This document shows, in pieces, positions 53,719 to 62,578 of a stretch of DNA of 64,000 nucleotides (its first letter is position 1; every line of letters starts with the position of its first letter). The notes under the pieces were generated by a model, which was given only the letters and a program-made list of their open reading frames with translations, was not told the origin of the DNA and made no database searches. The position numbers and the translations under genes are program-made. The stretch lies in IMG/VR virus record IMGVR_UViG_3300043398_000057. One strand, given 5' to 3'. This DNA comes from a virus.

Positions 53719-54152
53719 TATGCAATCACTACGTTGTTACTCCGAACAGTGATTGTAGCAGTGATTGGGTCACTTTGACTTTGGGTGTTGAAATTTATTC
53801 CGGACAACGCTTGAGGGATGCAGTCTTGAGCATTCAGTACAAAAGCAATTTTCTTGCCACTTGAGTCGATACCAAAAATTCTAACATCACTGTAACGATC
53901 ATTCCCACTCTGGAAGTCTTTAATCCACCGATACACAGCTTTGTAATTCTCATACGATTCATCAACCATGAAAGTCATGGAGAAACCATCGGGATCAACG
54001 ACTTCACCCGGAAGCGAAACATTGAAATTTGGAATCTGCACTTCGGCACTGTTGAGGTTCAGACCCGGAGTTGTGAACTCGGTCAGAGTGAACGCAACTT
54101 CAGGCTATGCCGAAAATTGAACTTGGAACCTGTTGTTGAAAGCGTAATTCAT
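53718..54152 (-). CDS. 3: gp3-like tail tube terminator, one in-frame TAG
   Basis: FQVQFSA*PEVAF..PG..F.VDE..NY..Y.W; TAG 54105-54107. Confidence 0.75.
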
Positions 54153-54160
54153 GACTTGCC

Positions 54161-54427
54161 TCAGTTAGCGAAAACGTTGTTAGAACCTGTTGAAACTGTG
54201 TGACCGCAATTGACCGCATCACCTTGACGAACGACCCGAATGCCTTCAGCAAACACGTTTGGAGATGCTTCTACAATATTCAGTGGTTGCTCATGATTTG
54301 GGTGGTCATCAACCTTGTCACCAAGTGTGGAAACTTTGGAACCGTTGACAAACACAGTGCTTGCCCCGGGTCCGATGATGACGCCACCATTCACATTGTC
54401 AACATTAACTCTGGCTACTTTCATCAT
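54161..54427 (-). CDS. PAAR-domain spike tip protein (gp5.4-like)
   Basis: VFVNG..GD..H..S.NVF.EG..R.GD..CG..GS.NVFAN. Confidence 0.85.
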   Translation of the reverse strand: MMKVARVNVDNVNGGVIIGPGASTVFVNGSKVSTLGDKVDDHPNHEQPLNIVEASPNVFAEGIRVVRQGDAVNCGHTVSTGSNNVFAN

Positions 54428-54956
54428 CACTTTCATAGAAGTCTTCGAGACTGCTATTTACTTTCGACTTGTTTTTCTTCTTACTGTCGCGCTTATTCTT
54501 GAGTCTGGTGTATTTGTCCGAAAGCACTTCATTGATTTTGATGGCTTCGTTAATTTCGTCAACAACATCTGTATCACCTTCGATATTCAACGAATTGCCA
54601 CTTGCATAAATCAGTTCCATCTTACCGAACTCTTCATTTTCTTCCTTTTTGATGAAGTCAACATATTCGCGCCATGCGGTTGTTGTGAAGTAGCCAAATG
54701 GATTAGGAGACTTTTCGGGATCGAACTTGTGGGCGACACTGAAACACTTCTAAATCGCTTCCCCCACCATGTCATCACGGAATGAATAACCGTTGAAGTT
54801 GTGACGGGAAGCTAGGTTCTCGCAAATGTCAATGATGGCCTTGCCAATGTCATTGGGCATCGTAGGGAAATCCGCAAAACTTTCCTTGGTCAGACACTCC
54901 GCACGGTAAGCCCTCAGACTTTCAACCAACTTTTGCTTATCAACATACATGCCCAT
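54405..54956 (-). CDS. 55: gp55 late-transcription sigma factor, one in-frame TAG
   Basis: YVD..L, IG..I..I..L..NF.GYS.RDDM.GEAI*KC..FDP..S.NPF.YFT; TAG 54750-54752. Confidence 0.9.
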
Positions 54957-55512
54957 ATTACAACTCCAAAATCGTTTACATGACTCTAGTGTAACACAAA
55001 AACAACAAATCTATCAGTCTAACATCAAAAATTGTTGGTTTTAGTCAACACCCCATCAAACTGTATGATTTGCGACAATCTAGTGTTGTTTTTATGCAAC
55101 TATGTTAGGGAAAACCCTTAGAACTTAGGGTAAATCAGTAGTGAGAAGTGTCAAAAAGTGTGGTACAATAAAAGTGATTGTTTACCAGCACTAAACAATA
55201 GTACCATATAACAAGCGATGCCTTGCATCGCTGTCTTGCCAGAAAGTACAACGTACTTTCGCAAGACCAAACGTTCTATAGAACGTTGTTAAGAAAATTG
55301 TTATAACATAGTTTTGAACGAATTTCCAAACGGTTCAAAACTATGTAAAGGTTGAGAACGTTACAGATGTGGTTATCGACCGAAAGTGTGTCTTGTGAAA
55401 GACCATGTTTGATGGCGATACTGTAAAGGTTTCAAACCTACTTCTGCTCATTCAGTCGCATACTGCGTATGCTTTGTGAATGAGAGGCTTCGCCTGTATA
55501 TCTTGAGTGATA

Positions 55513-55519
55513 CTAAATA
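55513..55519 (+). promoter_or_regulatory. late promoter-like CTAAATA
   Basis: About 25 nt upstream of the first plus-strand structural ORF. Confidence 0.6.
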
Positions 55520-55543
55520 GAAGTCATCTAATGATCTATTGCT

Positions 55544-56275
55544 ATGGAAAACAAACTCTCAGAACTTTCAAAACTGCTTGAAAAAGGTGTTCAAGCAAAA
55601 AAGCAACGTTTGCAAAACAGTGAGGACGCACTTACTGAAATGTTTCGCATTGTTGCTGAAGGAAAGAAAGAGAAGACTCCAAAAGAAAAACTCAAAGAGG
55701 TTTCGACCCAACTTGACGACATTGTTGAACGTGCCGTAGAACTTGAAGAGAAGTATTCCAGAATCGAACAGTTTGAGAAGAAAACCAATAGTGATCTTTC
55801 AAACATCAAAGACCAACAAGAAAAGAAGTTTCTCAATCTTTACAACGGTCTAAAACAAGAAATTGAAGGACTGCGAAAGGCAGTTCAGGAAACCACAAAT
55901 CAAATCTCATTTGGAGGTGGTGGCGGCGGTGCCGCAACCCTTAGAGATTTGTACGATATTGACTTTTCGACACTTTCACCGGATTACGTTCTAAGCTATG
56001 ATGGAATGTCGGGTGCATTTGTTTTCAGAGAAGTTACTGCAACTGGTGGAACATCGGGAAATCAGATTCGTAAATATGAGACTGATTTGAGTGGAACCAA
56101 TGTAACTATTCCTGTCGAATCTCATAGTTTTCAAACTTCTGTTGTCGAAGCAACTTTTGTTCGATCCAATAGAAAGGTTGATGTGTACTGGTTTTATGAC
56201 CCGGTAACCAAAAACTTCATCATAGAATCTAACGTTGACCTCACAGGGGTCAAACTCACAATCAACGGATATTGA
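55544..56275 (+). CDS. putative virion structural protein
   Basis: Coiled coil, GGGGGG hinge, L.DL.D.D..VL.YD fibre-like motif. Confidence 0.65.
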   Translation: MENKLSELSKLLEKGVQAKKQRLQNSEDALTEMFRIVAEGKKEKTPKEKLKEVSTQLDDIVERAVELEEKYSRIEQFEKKTNSDLSNIKDQQEKKFLNLYNGLKQEIEGLRKAVQETTNQISFGGGGGGAATLRDLYDIDFSTLSPDYVLSYDGMSGAFVFREVTATGGTSGNQIRKYETDLSGTNVTIPVESHSFQTSVVEATFVRSNRKVDVYWFYDPVTKNFIIESNVDLTGVKLTINGY

Positions 56276-56286
56276 GGTAATTCAAA

Positions 56287-57042
56287 ATGGCAGAACGTTC
56301 AACTTATGTAGACTTGAACTTCGAGAAAGTTAGTCAAATCGTTAATGCGAGACTGCATAACGTAACAACAACTCAGAGAAATTCTTAGGCTGCAACGCTT
56401 GGTGCAACCAATGAAGGTTTGATTGTTTACGATACCGATGAAGACCAAATTTACGTTTGGAACGGTACCACATTCATTCCGACTAAGGTACAAGGTGCCA
56501 TGACCTATAAGGGTACCGTCACAAGCCTTACAACCGCGCCAGCGGGCTTTGATGTTGGTAGCACATACGTCTTCACCGGTACACCCGGCACTTTGACTTG
56601 GGCGGGTCAATCGTTCTCACCATCGGCCAACATTGAAGTTGGTGACATTCTGATTTATCGTGGCTCAAACACATGGGACATTGTTGAGGGTAACGACATT
56701 GCCGCAACCGAAACCGTTGCCGGTAACGTTACGCTTGCTACCCAAGGTGATGTGAACAATGGTACCGGTAACGGTGTTGTGACCGCTACAACCCTATCAG
56801 CATTTGTCAATGCCCGCAAGCTGGCTAAGACATATTTCGCAACGGTTGATCTTGCTGCACTGACGCCATTCACGGTTTCTCATAATATGGGATTGTCAAA
56901 TCGTGATGCATTTGTCGTTAGAACCGCAACGTCAAACGGCTCAGAAGTTTCTTTTGATATTGACTCTGTTGACACAAACAGTTTTACGGTAACTTCTGCG
57001 GTCGCGTTGACCGGTGTGAAAATCTTCGCAACCGGGTTCTAA
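56287..57042 (+). CDS. tail fibre/adaptor protein, one in-frame TAG
   Basis: ATG 56287 with GAGG RBS; TTTQRNS*..GLIVYDTD..VWNG; TAG 56386-56388. Confidence 0.75.
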
Positions 57043-57045
57043 TCC

Positions 57046-57693
57046 ATGGCGGATACCTTTTTCAGTCCTCCGCTATTTGCGGAAACTACTGATACATCTA
57101 GCCCACCATCAGGGTTTCAAAAGATTCAGGCAAAGCCTGATGGTCGGCTGTACGGTAAGAATTCTACTGAAGAATATGAGATTGGTAAAGCAATTTCTGT
57201 TTTTGATGAATCAACACTGATCACATCACGGCTTGGAACAATTAAATTTGCAGGCGCGTAGGTAACCGCGAATGATCCGGTTGAAGGTGACGTTGTTGTT
57301 ACCTCGATTGGTTTGCAATCTATCAGTACCAGATATTTCAACCCCGGTGACAACACAACACCAATTTTACCGGGAACTGTTGATTTTCTTGCCGGGCAAA
57401 ACAATTTGATGATTGAAGGTGGTAGTGGTGTAGCGATTAGATCGTTCCCCGGAACTTCGCCAAGAATTGTTTTGAGTATTTCGCCACATACAAACGAAAC
57501 TCTATCGCCCGATCCACATCCACAATATCTTTTGAGAACTGATTACACTGGTGGGCAATCTTCTGGTGGTGTTCCAACTTTTATGACAAGCGATTTTGTG
57601 GTTGCTGCTGGTACGCAAGTTCTATTTTCCGAAGAAATTGATGGTGACAATTTCGAGATTCAAATTGATGGTATTTTGACTGAGGTACAATAA
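57046..57693 (+). CDS. tail fibre-associated protein, one in-frame TAG
   Basis: Two ORF-track fragments in frame across TAG 57259-57261; DPHPQYL fibre motif. Confidence 0.7.
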
Positions 57694-59603
57694 TGTTCCA
57701 ACTTCTGAAACGTTCTGCCGCTGGTGTTTCTAACGCTGCTGCTGGTAAGGTTAAGCTCTTTTTCGACACTGATGGTTTAGCCAAAACCAAAGATGAAAAC
57801 GGTGTTCTTAGCACACTTGGTGGTGTTTTCTCTTTTAACGGTCGCGTCGGCAACATTACGCCACAACAGGCAGACTATTCTAGCTTTTTCCAAAAACTGC
57901 ATTGGATTGATGTTACCACTGTTGGTATTTCACCGGCAAATACAGCCGCGCAAAATACAACTGCATGGAACACATTTTATAGCACGGTTCCCGTCAATTC
58001 AACTGTTTACTTTCCTGCCGGAACATACGATTTCAGCGGTGAATTGACTCTTAACCGAAATGTTCAGATTCGTATTGTTGGTGATGGTAAATCTCGCACA
58101 ATTTTGCGAACCACATCTGCAACTGCAAACCTTTTCTATATTTCGATCAGTGCATATTATTACAGTTTTGAAGAATTGGGGTTCAATTCAACGGTGACAA
58201 AAACCGCTGGTGCTTTTATTGGTACTAACCCCGCTGCTGGTGATAATGCGTATCTTGATATTCGTCGCTGCGAGTTCAAGGGTTATTTCATTGGTGTTGC
58301 ATTGGATGGCGTCGGTTCTGCCAACGTTGGCACGATTTCCGAATGTATTTGGAATTCGCCTTCTGCTGGTGGCACTGGTTTGCGAATCAACGGTGCAAAC
58401 ATCAACAACATGATAACAAACTGTACGATTAACCAGAATCCGGGTTCTACTGGTACTGGTGTTTGTGTTGAAATTAACCAATCTGGTGCGGTGCAATTTG
58501 TCGGTTGCGATTTCATTGGTGGCGCTAATACTCTGCGAGTCAACCCTGGTGCTGGTCAAGTTGTTTCCGCGCTGTATTTTACAAACTGTTTCTTTGACCA
58601 AGCTGGTTCAAAATGTGTTCAGTTTACGGGTGCTGGTGCTGTCAGTCGCGTTAAATTTGTTTCTTGTGGTATTACCAATGGTAACGTCACAAACTCGTTT
58701 GCTCTGGCTGTTGAAGGTACCGGCACAGGTACAAACATTCCGGAAGCCTTGGATTTTCTTGAATGTGACTTCTACAACGCTTTCGGTACGGGTATTACCA
58801 CTACAGGTATTTCTATTACTGGTGCCCGTGGCGTTAGTTTTGTCGGTTGTAGAATTTCAGGTTTCACTGTTGGTATTGACCTCACTCCATACAACTCAAA
58901 CGGTGTCACATCATTTAACATTGTTAGATGTACCGTTGGTCCGACCGAAAACTTCCCCGGTAACGTTACTGGTATCAGAATTAACGCTGGCGCATTTCAA
59001 TATGGTTCATCGAGTATCACAGATTGTGACTTGCAAGGTAACACCACGCCTCTTATCAACAATGCAACTTTTGGTGCAAACGATAGTTTGTATCTGAACG
59101 GTAACAACGGTATTTTGCAACGTCCAATCGGCCAAGCTCCAAACTTGTTGCTTGCCACCGCTGCAACCGCTGTTCGTGCCGGTGTTGCTGTTCCTGTTCG
59201 TACTAACTCGATTCGACCCGGTTCCGCCATTCGTATTCGCGCAATGTGCACAAACGCGGCAACTGCAAGCACGAACACAATCACTCTACGTTTAGGCACA
59301 GCAAACACAAACGCTGACACAGCGATTGTGACACTTGCATTGGGTGCCGGTACAGCCGCTGTTGGTGGTGCTGTTATTGAAGCAACAATTTACTTCCAAT
59401 CTACAACTTCTGCAACAGCCAGCGTGATTGTTTACAACAACGGTGCCGCAGGGTTTACTAACGCTGCTGTCACGGTTTCAAACTCAACTGCTAACGTTGC
59501 AATTACAAACACTGCTGACCAATACCTTGGTCTTTATGTCAGTCCATCGGCGGCAAACGTTGTGACAATTCGTAACGTTGTTTATGAAGAACTTTCTCAA
59601 TAA
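57693..59603 (+). CDS. tailspike with pectate-lyase-like beta-helix
   Basis: VYFPAGTY, I.GDG..TIL, Asn/Gly/Cys-rich parallel beta-helix repeats. Confidence 0.75.
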   Translation: MFQLLKRSAAGVSNAAAGKVKLFFDTDGLAKTKDENGVLSTLGGVFSFNGRVGNITPQQADYSSFFQKLHWIDVTTVGISPANTAAQNTTAWNTFYSTVPVNSTVYFPAGTYDFSGELTLNRNVQIRIVGDGKSRTILRTTSATANLFYISISAYYYSFEELGFNSTVTKTAGAFIGTNPAAGDNAYLDIRRCEFKGYFIGVALDGVGSANVGTISECIWNSPSAGGTGLRINGANINNMITNCTINQNPGSTGTGVCVEINQSGAVQFVGCDFIGGANTLRVNPGAGQVVSALYFTNCFFDQAGSKCVQFTGAGAVSRVKFVSCGITNGNVTNSFALAVEGTGTGTNIPEALDFLECDFYNAFGTGITTTGISITGARGVSFVGCRISGFTVGIDLTPYNSNGVTSFNIVRCTVGPTENFPGNVTGIRINAGAFQYGSSSITDCDLQGNTTPLINNATFGANDSLYLNGNNGILQRPIGQAPNLLLATAATAVRAGVAVPVRTNSIRPGSAIRIRAMCTNAATASTNTITLRLGTANTNADTAIVTLALGAGTAAVGGAVIEATIYFQSTTSATASVIVYNNGAAGFTNAAVTVSNSTANVAITNTADQYLGLYVSPSAANVVTIRNVVYEELSQ

Positions 59604-59658
59604 CATAGTAAGTAAACAAATCACGGTCTGATATTGAACAGGATTAAGGGTAATAGAT

Positions 59659-61506
59659 ATGTTGCAAATTAAGAATGCGCAAGGTCAACTTTCAAATTTC
59701 ACGGAAGAAGAAAAACGACAGTTTACCTTTGACCTTGGCGCAATGCGTTCTGCCAATGGTAGGGTACCTGATGACAACGGTGATGTTGTTGTTGTTTGTG
59801 GAACTTTGATTTTTGTTCCGCCATCGGGTGATACATCAGGTGATACCGATACTGCCGCAATCAAGGCCGCAATTGCACAAGCCGCAAATACCTCTAAGGG
59901 TATCGGTTTCATCGAAGGTGATTACTACTGGAATGACACGGTTGATATCACTGATGGTTACCGCACACAATTTGAATCGGTTAGAACCGGTTTGAACCCT
60001 CTTCCTGCATCGGTTATCATTCCTCCGAAACTTGTTGGTGCTGGCCTGTATAGAACTCGTCACCGAATGGTTGTGAGTGGCAAGCCCATGTTGCGGTACT
60101 ACGGTACCGCAAACGGTGTTCAAATGCAGTCGCCATTCATTTTCGGTATGAACTTCCATGGTCCCGGGTTCAATACCGGCAACTTCATGACTTCGGCAAT
60201 TCAGTTTGGTGGTGTTTCGACAACCTACAAAAACATCACTGCTGACCCGCAATTGACCCAAGTTGGTTTCTTTGATTTCAACACTTGTGTTCGTCATGAT
60301 GACACAACCGGTGCCACATACGACAAATGTTTCTTCCAACGATTCCTGTTTGGTGTTGACCGTGGATACAATTGTGACATTTTCAAATTTCACTCATGTG
60401 ATTTTGGTGATCAATCGCTGAACAGTAATTTCACATGCACGATCACAAACAATTCAACAACAATCACCACAACAGGTAATCAATTCAATGATGTTCCAAG
60501 TGGTGCATATGTTGCTGGTAATGGTATTCCGAACGGAACAACGATCACGGTCAATTCTGGAAACTCTGCAACGCTTAGTAACCCAGCAACATTGACTGGC
60601 ACAACCAAACTTTATGCATTTTTGGGTGTTGCTGTTGTTGATAGTGGTACTGGTTATGGTACAGGTTGGGTTCCACCTTTCGGTGAAAATGGTAGTGGCA
60701 ACATTTTGGTGTTTGATAGCTGCTGGTTCTTGCGTATCAAGATGGTTCTTGGCGCTTACGCCCCATCATCTTCTGCAATTCGTTTTACAAACAGTTACAC
60801 AGAATTGTTGTGGAAAATGGCAGAACTCGGTTTGCCGGGCGATGCTACTTGCCCTTCGATGTTCACTGTTGAGAATCATCATTTCTCGCAAACCGAATCT
60901 TTCATGGTCAACGGTGTTGTTGACGTTCGTTCATCGGGTTCAACAAATGGCGTTGTCATGAAATGGACGGATAACCGTTCAGATAGTTTGTCTCCGAATG
61001 CTTCGCAAGTTCCGTGGGTGTTTGCGCCAAATGCATACAACAGTACCGCAGCATTCTTGTGGGATCGTAACATTCTGGCTACAAATGATGGTATTCCAAC
61101 TGTTAACGTTGCAGGTTCTTCAGCAACTATTCCCGACAAGACCCGATATGTTGTTGGTACCAATAAGGGTGTTCAATCTGGTGGTTTTGTTAGAAATTAC
61201 AACGCAAGTGCTGGCACATTGATTTGGGACTATGGTGGTGAAGACCAAGTTCATGTCGATCTTAACGCAAACGTCACAATTAACGATCATGGTAGCCAAA
61301 ACCCACCAAAGGGTAGAGAATTGACTTTCTTGGTCACTGACAGTGGTGCTGGTGGTAAGGTTATTACCTTCGGTAGCAAATACTTGAATAGTTCTGGCGC
61401 TGCTATTGGAGCGTTTACCACATCGGTTGCTGGCAAAACCGCAGTCTTCAAGTTCATTTGGGATGGCAACAACTATCGCCAACTCAACACAACTCAGTGG
61501 GCTTAA
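59659..61506 (+). CDS. second tailspike (beta-helix)
   Basis: GD.DTAAIKAAI..G.Y, L.GAG..T; preceded by GTAAGTA. Confidence 0.7.
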   Translation: MLQIKNAQGQLSNFTEEEKRQFTFDLGAMRSANGRVPDDNGDVVVVCGTLIFVPPSGDTSGDTDTAAIKAAIAQAANTSKGIGFIEGDYYWNDTVDITDGYRTQFESVRTGLNPLPASVIIPPKLVGAGLYRTRHRMVVSGKPMLRYYGTANGVQMQSPFIFGMNFHGPGFNTGNFMTSAIQFGGVSTTYKNITADPQLTQVGFFDFNTCVRHDDTTGATYDKCFFQRFLFGVDRGYNCDIFKFHSCDFGDQSLNSNFTCTITNNSTTITTTGNQFNDVPSGAYVAGNGIPNGTTITVNSGNSATLSNPATLTGTTKLYAFLGVAVVDSGTGYGTGWVPPFGENGSGNILVFDSCWFLRIKMVLGAYAPSSSAIRFTNSYTELLWKMAELGLPGDATCPSMFTVENHHFSQTESFMVNGVVDVRSSGSTNGVVMKWTDNRSDSLSPNASQVPWVFAPNAYNSTAAFLWDRNILATNDGIPTVNVAGSSATIPDKTRYVVGTNKGVQSGGFVRNYNASAGTLIWDYGGEDQVHVDLNANVTINDHGSQNPPKGRELTFLVTDSGAGGKVITFGSKYLNSSGAAIGAFTTSVAGKTAVFKFIWDGNNYRQLNTTQWA

Positions 61507-61603
61507 TTCACTTCAAGAAGGTGGGTTTGTGCGGTAAGTATCAAAAACCATCAATTTGGAACACTTATGACACATCTGACACATAACAGGGAGAACAGAA
61601 TTT

Positions 61604-61969
61604 ATGGCTAAACCAGAATTCCGGGTTCTCAAACCTTCCGGTACGTTGTCTCGATACTCTGGTGAAGATATCAGAGTTTTGATCACAGCAAGTACATCAT
61701 CCTTTGTTTTGCCAAAAGGTGCACAACTTGGTGCACAAATCACAATCATCGCAATTGAGAATGTCGCGTTCACAGTATATGGCGACAACTATAGCGGAGA
61801 ACGTTCAATTAGTCTGAGTCGCGGGCAAACCGCACAGTTTGTTTTTCTTGGCTTTGAGTGGTTGTAGGTTCAGGTCAATACAAGCGTTGAACTGATTGAT
61901 AATGGTAATCTAATGTTCGATCTTAGTCAAATTAGCTTTGACGGTGATCTAATCTCTTTCAGCGAATAA
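61604..61969 (+). CDS. small tail protein, one in-frame TAG
   Basis: VLP..G..I.I..SL..GQ..F..W beta motif; read-through of TAG 61865-61867 fills the gap to the next gene. Confidence 0.6.
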
Positions 61970-61987
61970 TTCTCAGAGGAATATAAA

Positions 61988-62563
61988 ATGCTCAAAATCA
62001 AAAATTCAAGCGGTCAATGGGTAGATTTTACGCCAGCACAGAAAACCCAATTTATTAACGATATCGGTGCTGTTCAGACTGTTAATAATCAGGCTTCCGA
62101 TGCTTCCGGTAATGTCACAATCACATTTCCTATTCTTGATAATTTGACTGCTGGTGGTACCGGTAGTGCACTGTCTGCCGAACAAGGTAAGGTGCTGAAG
62201 GGTCTTATTGATGCTAATACCAACAACATCACAGACAATACAAATGCTATTTCCGGTAAGGCAGACACGGTTAAAGTTGTTGTGATCAACGCAAACGTTA
62301 CGATTACGCCTGCTAACCAGTCAACATATAACGGAAATTTGTTGGAGTTTTCTGGTGCCTTTACGGTCACTATCAGCGGTGGTTTGGCAAACGATTTCGG
62401 TTTTGCTGCTATTCCTCCTGCAACTGGTAACGCGACTATCGCTAGCGATGGTACAGCAAGTTTGAATGGTGCGACAACTTCTATTACTCGCGCGGCAAGT
62501 ACAACTCCGATGTTTGGTGTTCAACAACGCGCATCAAATCGTAACTCTTACGTTGTTTCGTGA
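61988..62563 (+). CDS. short tail fibre protein
   Basis: N-terminus similar to 59659; ALSAEQGKVLK fibre motif. Confidence 0.7.
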   Translation: MLKIKNSSGQWVDFTPAQKTQFINDIGAVQTVNNQASDASGNVTITFPILDNLTAGGTGSALSAEQGKVLKGLIDANTNNITDNTNAISGKADTVKVVVINANVTITPANQSTYNGNLLEFSGAFTVTISGGLANDFGFAAIPPATGNATIASDGTASLNGATTSITRAASTTPMFGVQQRASNRNSYVVS

Positions 62564-62578
62564 TTTAGGATTTTTAAT

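Noticed and set aside
47568-54956. Pseudogenes, naturally split genes or sequencing errors in nrdA, nrdB, uvsW and gp55
   Set aside because: Every break is an in-frame TAG with no frameshift and no TAA/TGA, motifs are intact on both sides, and a cognate tRNA is present.
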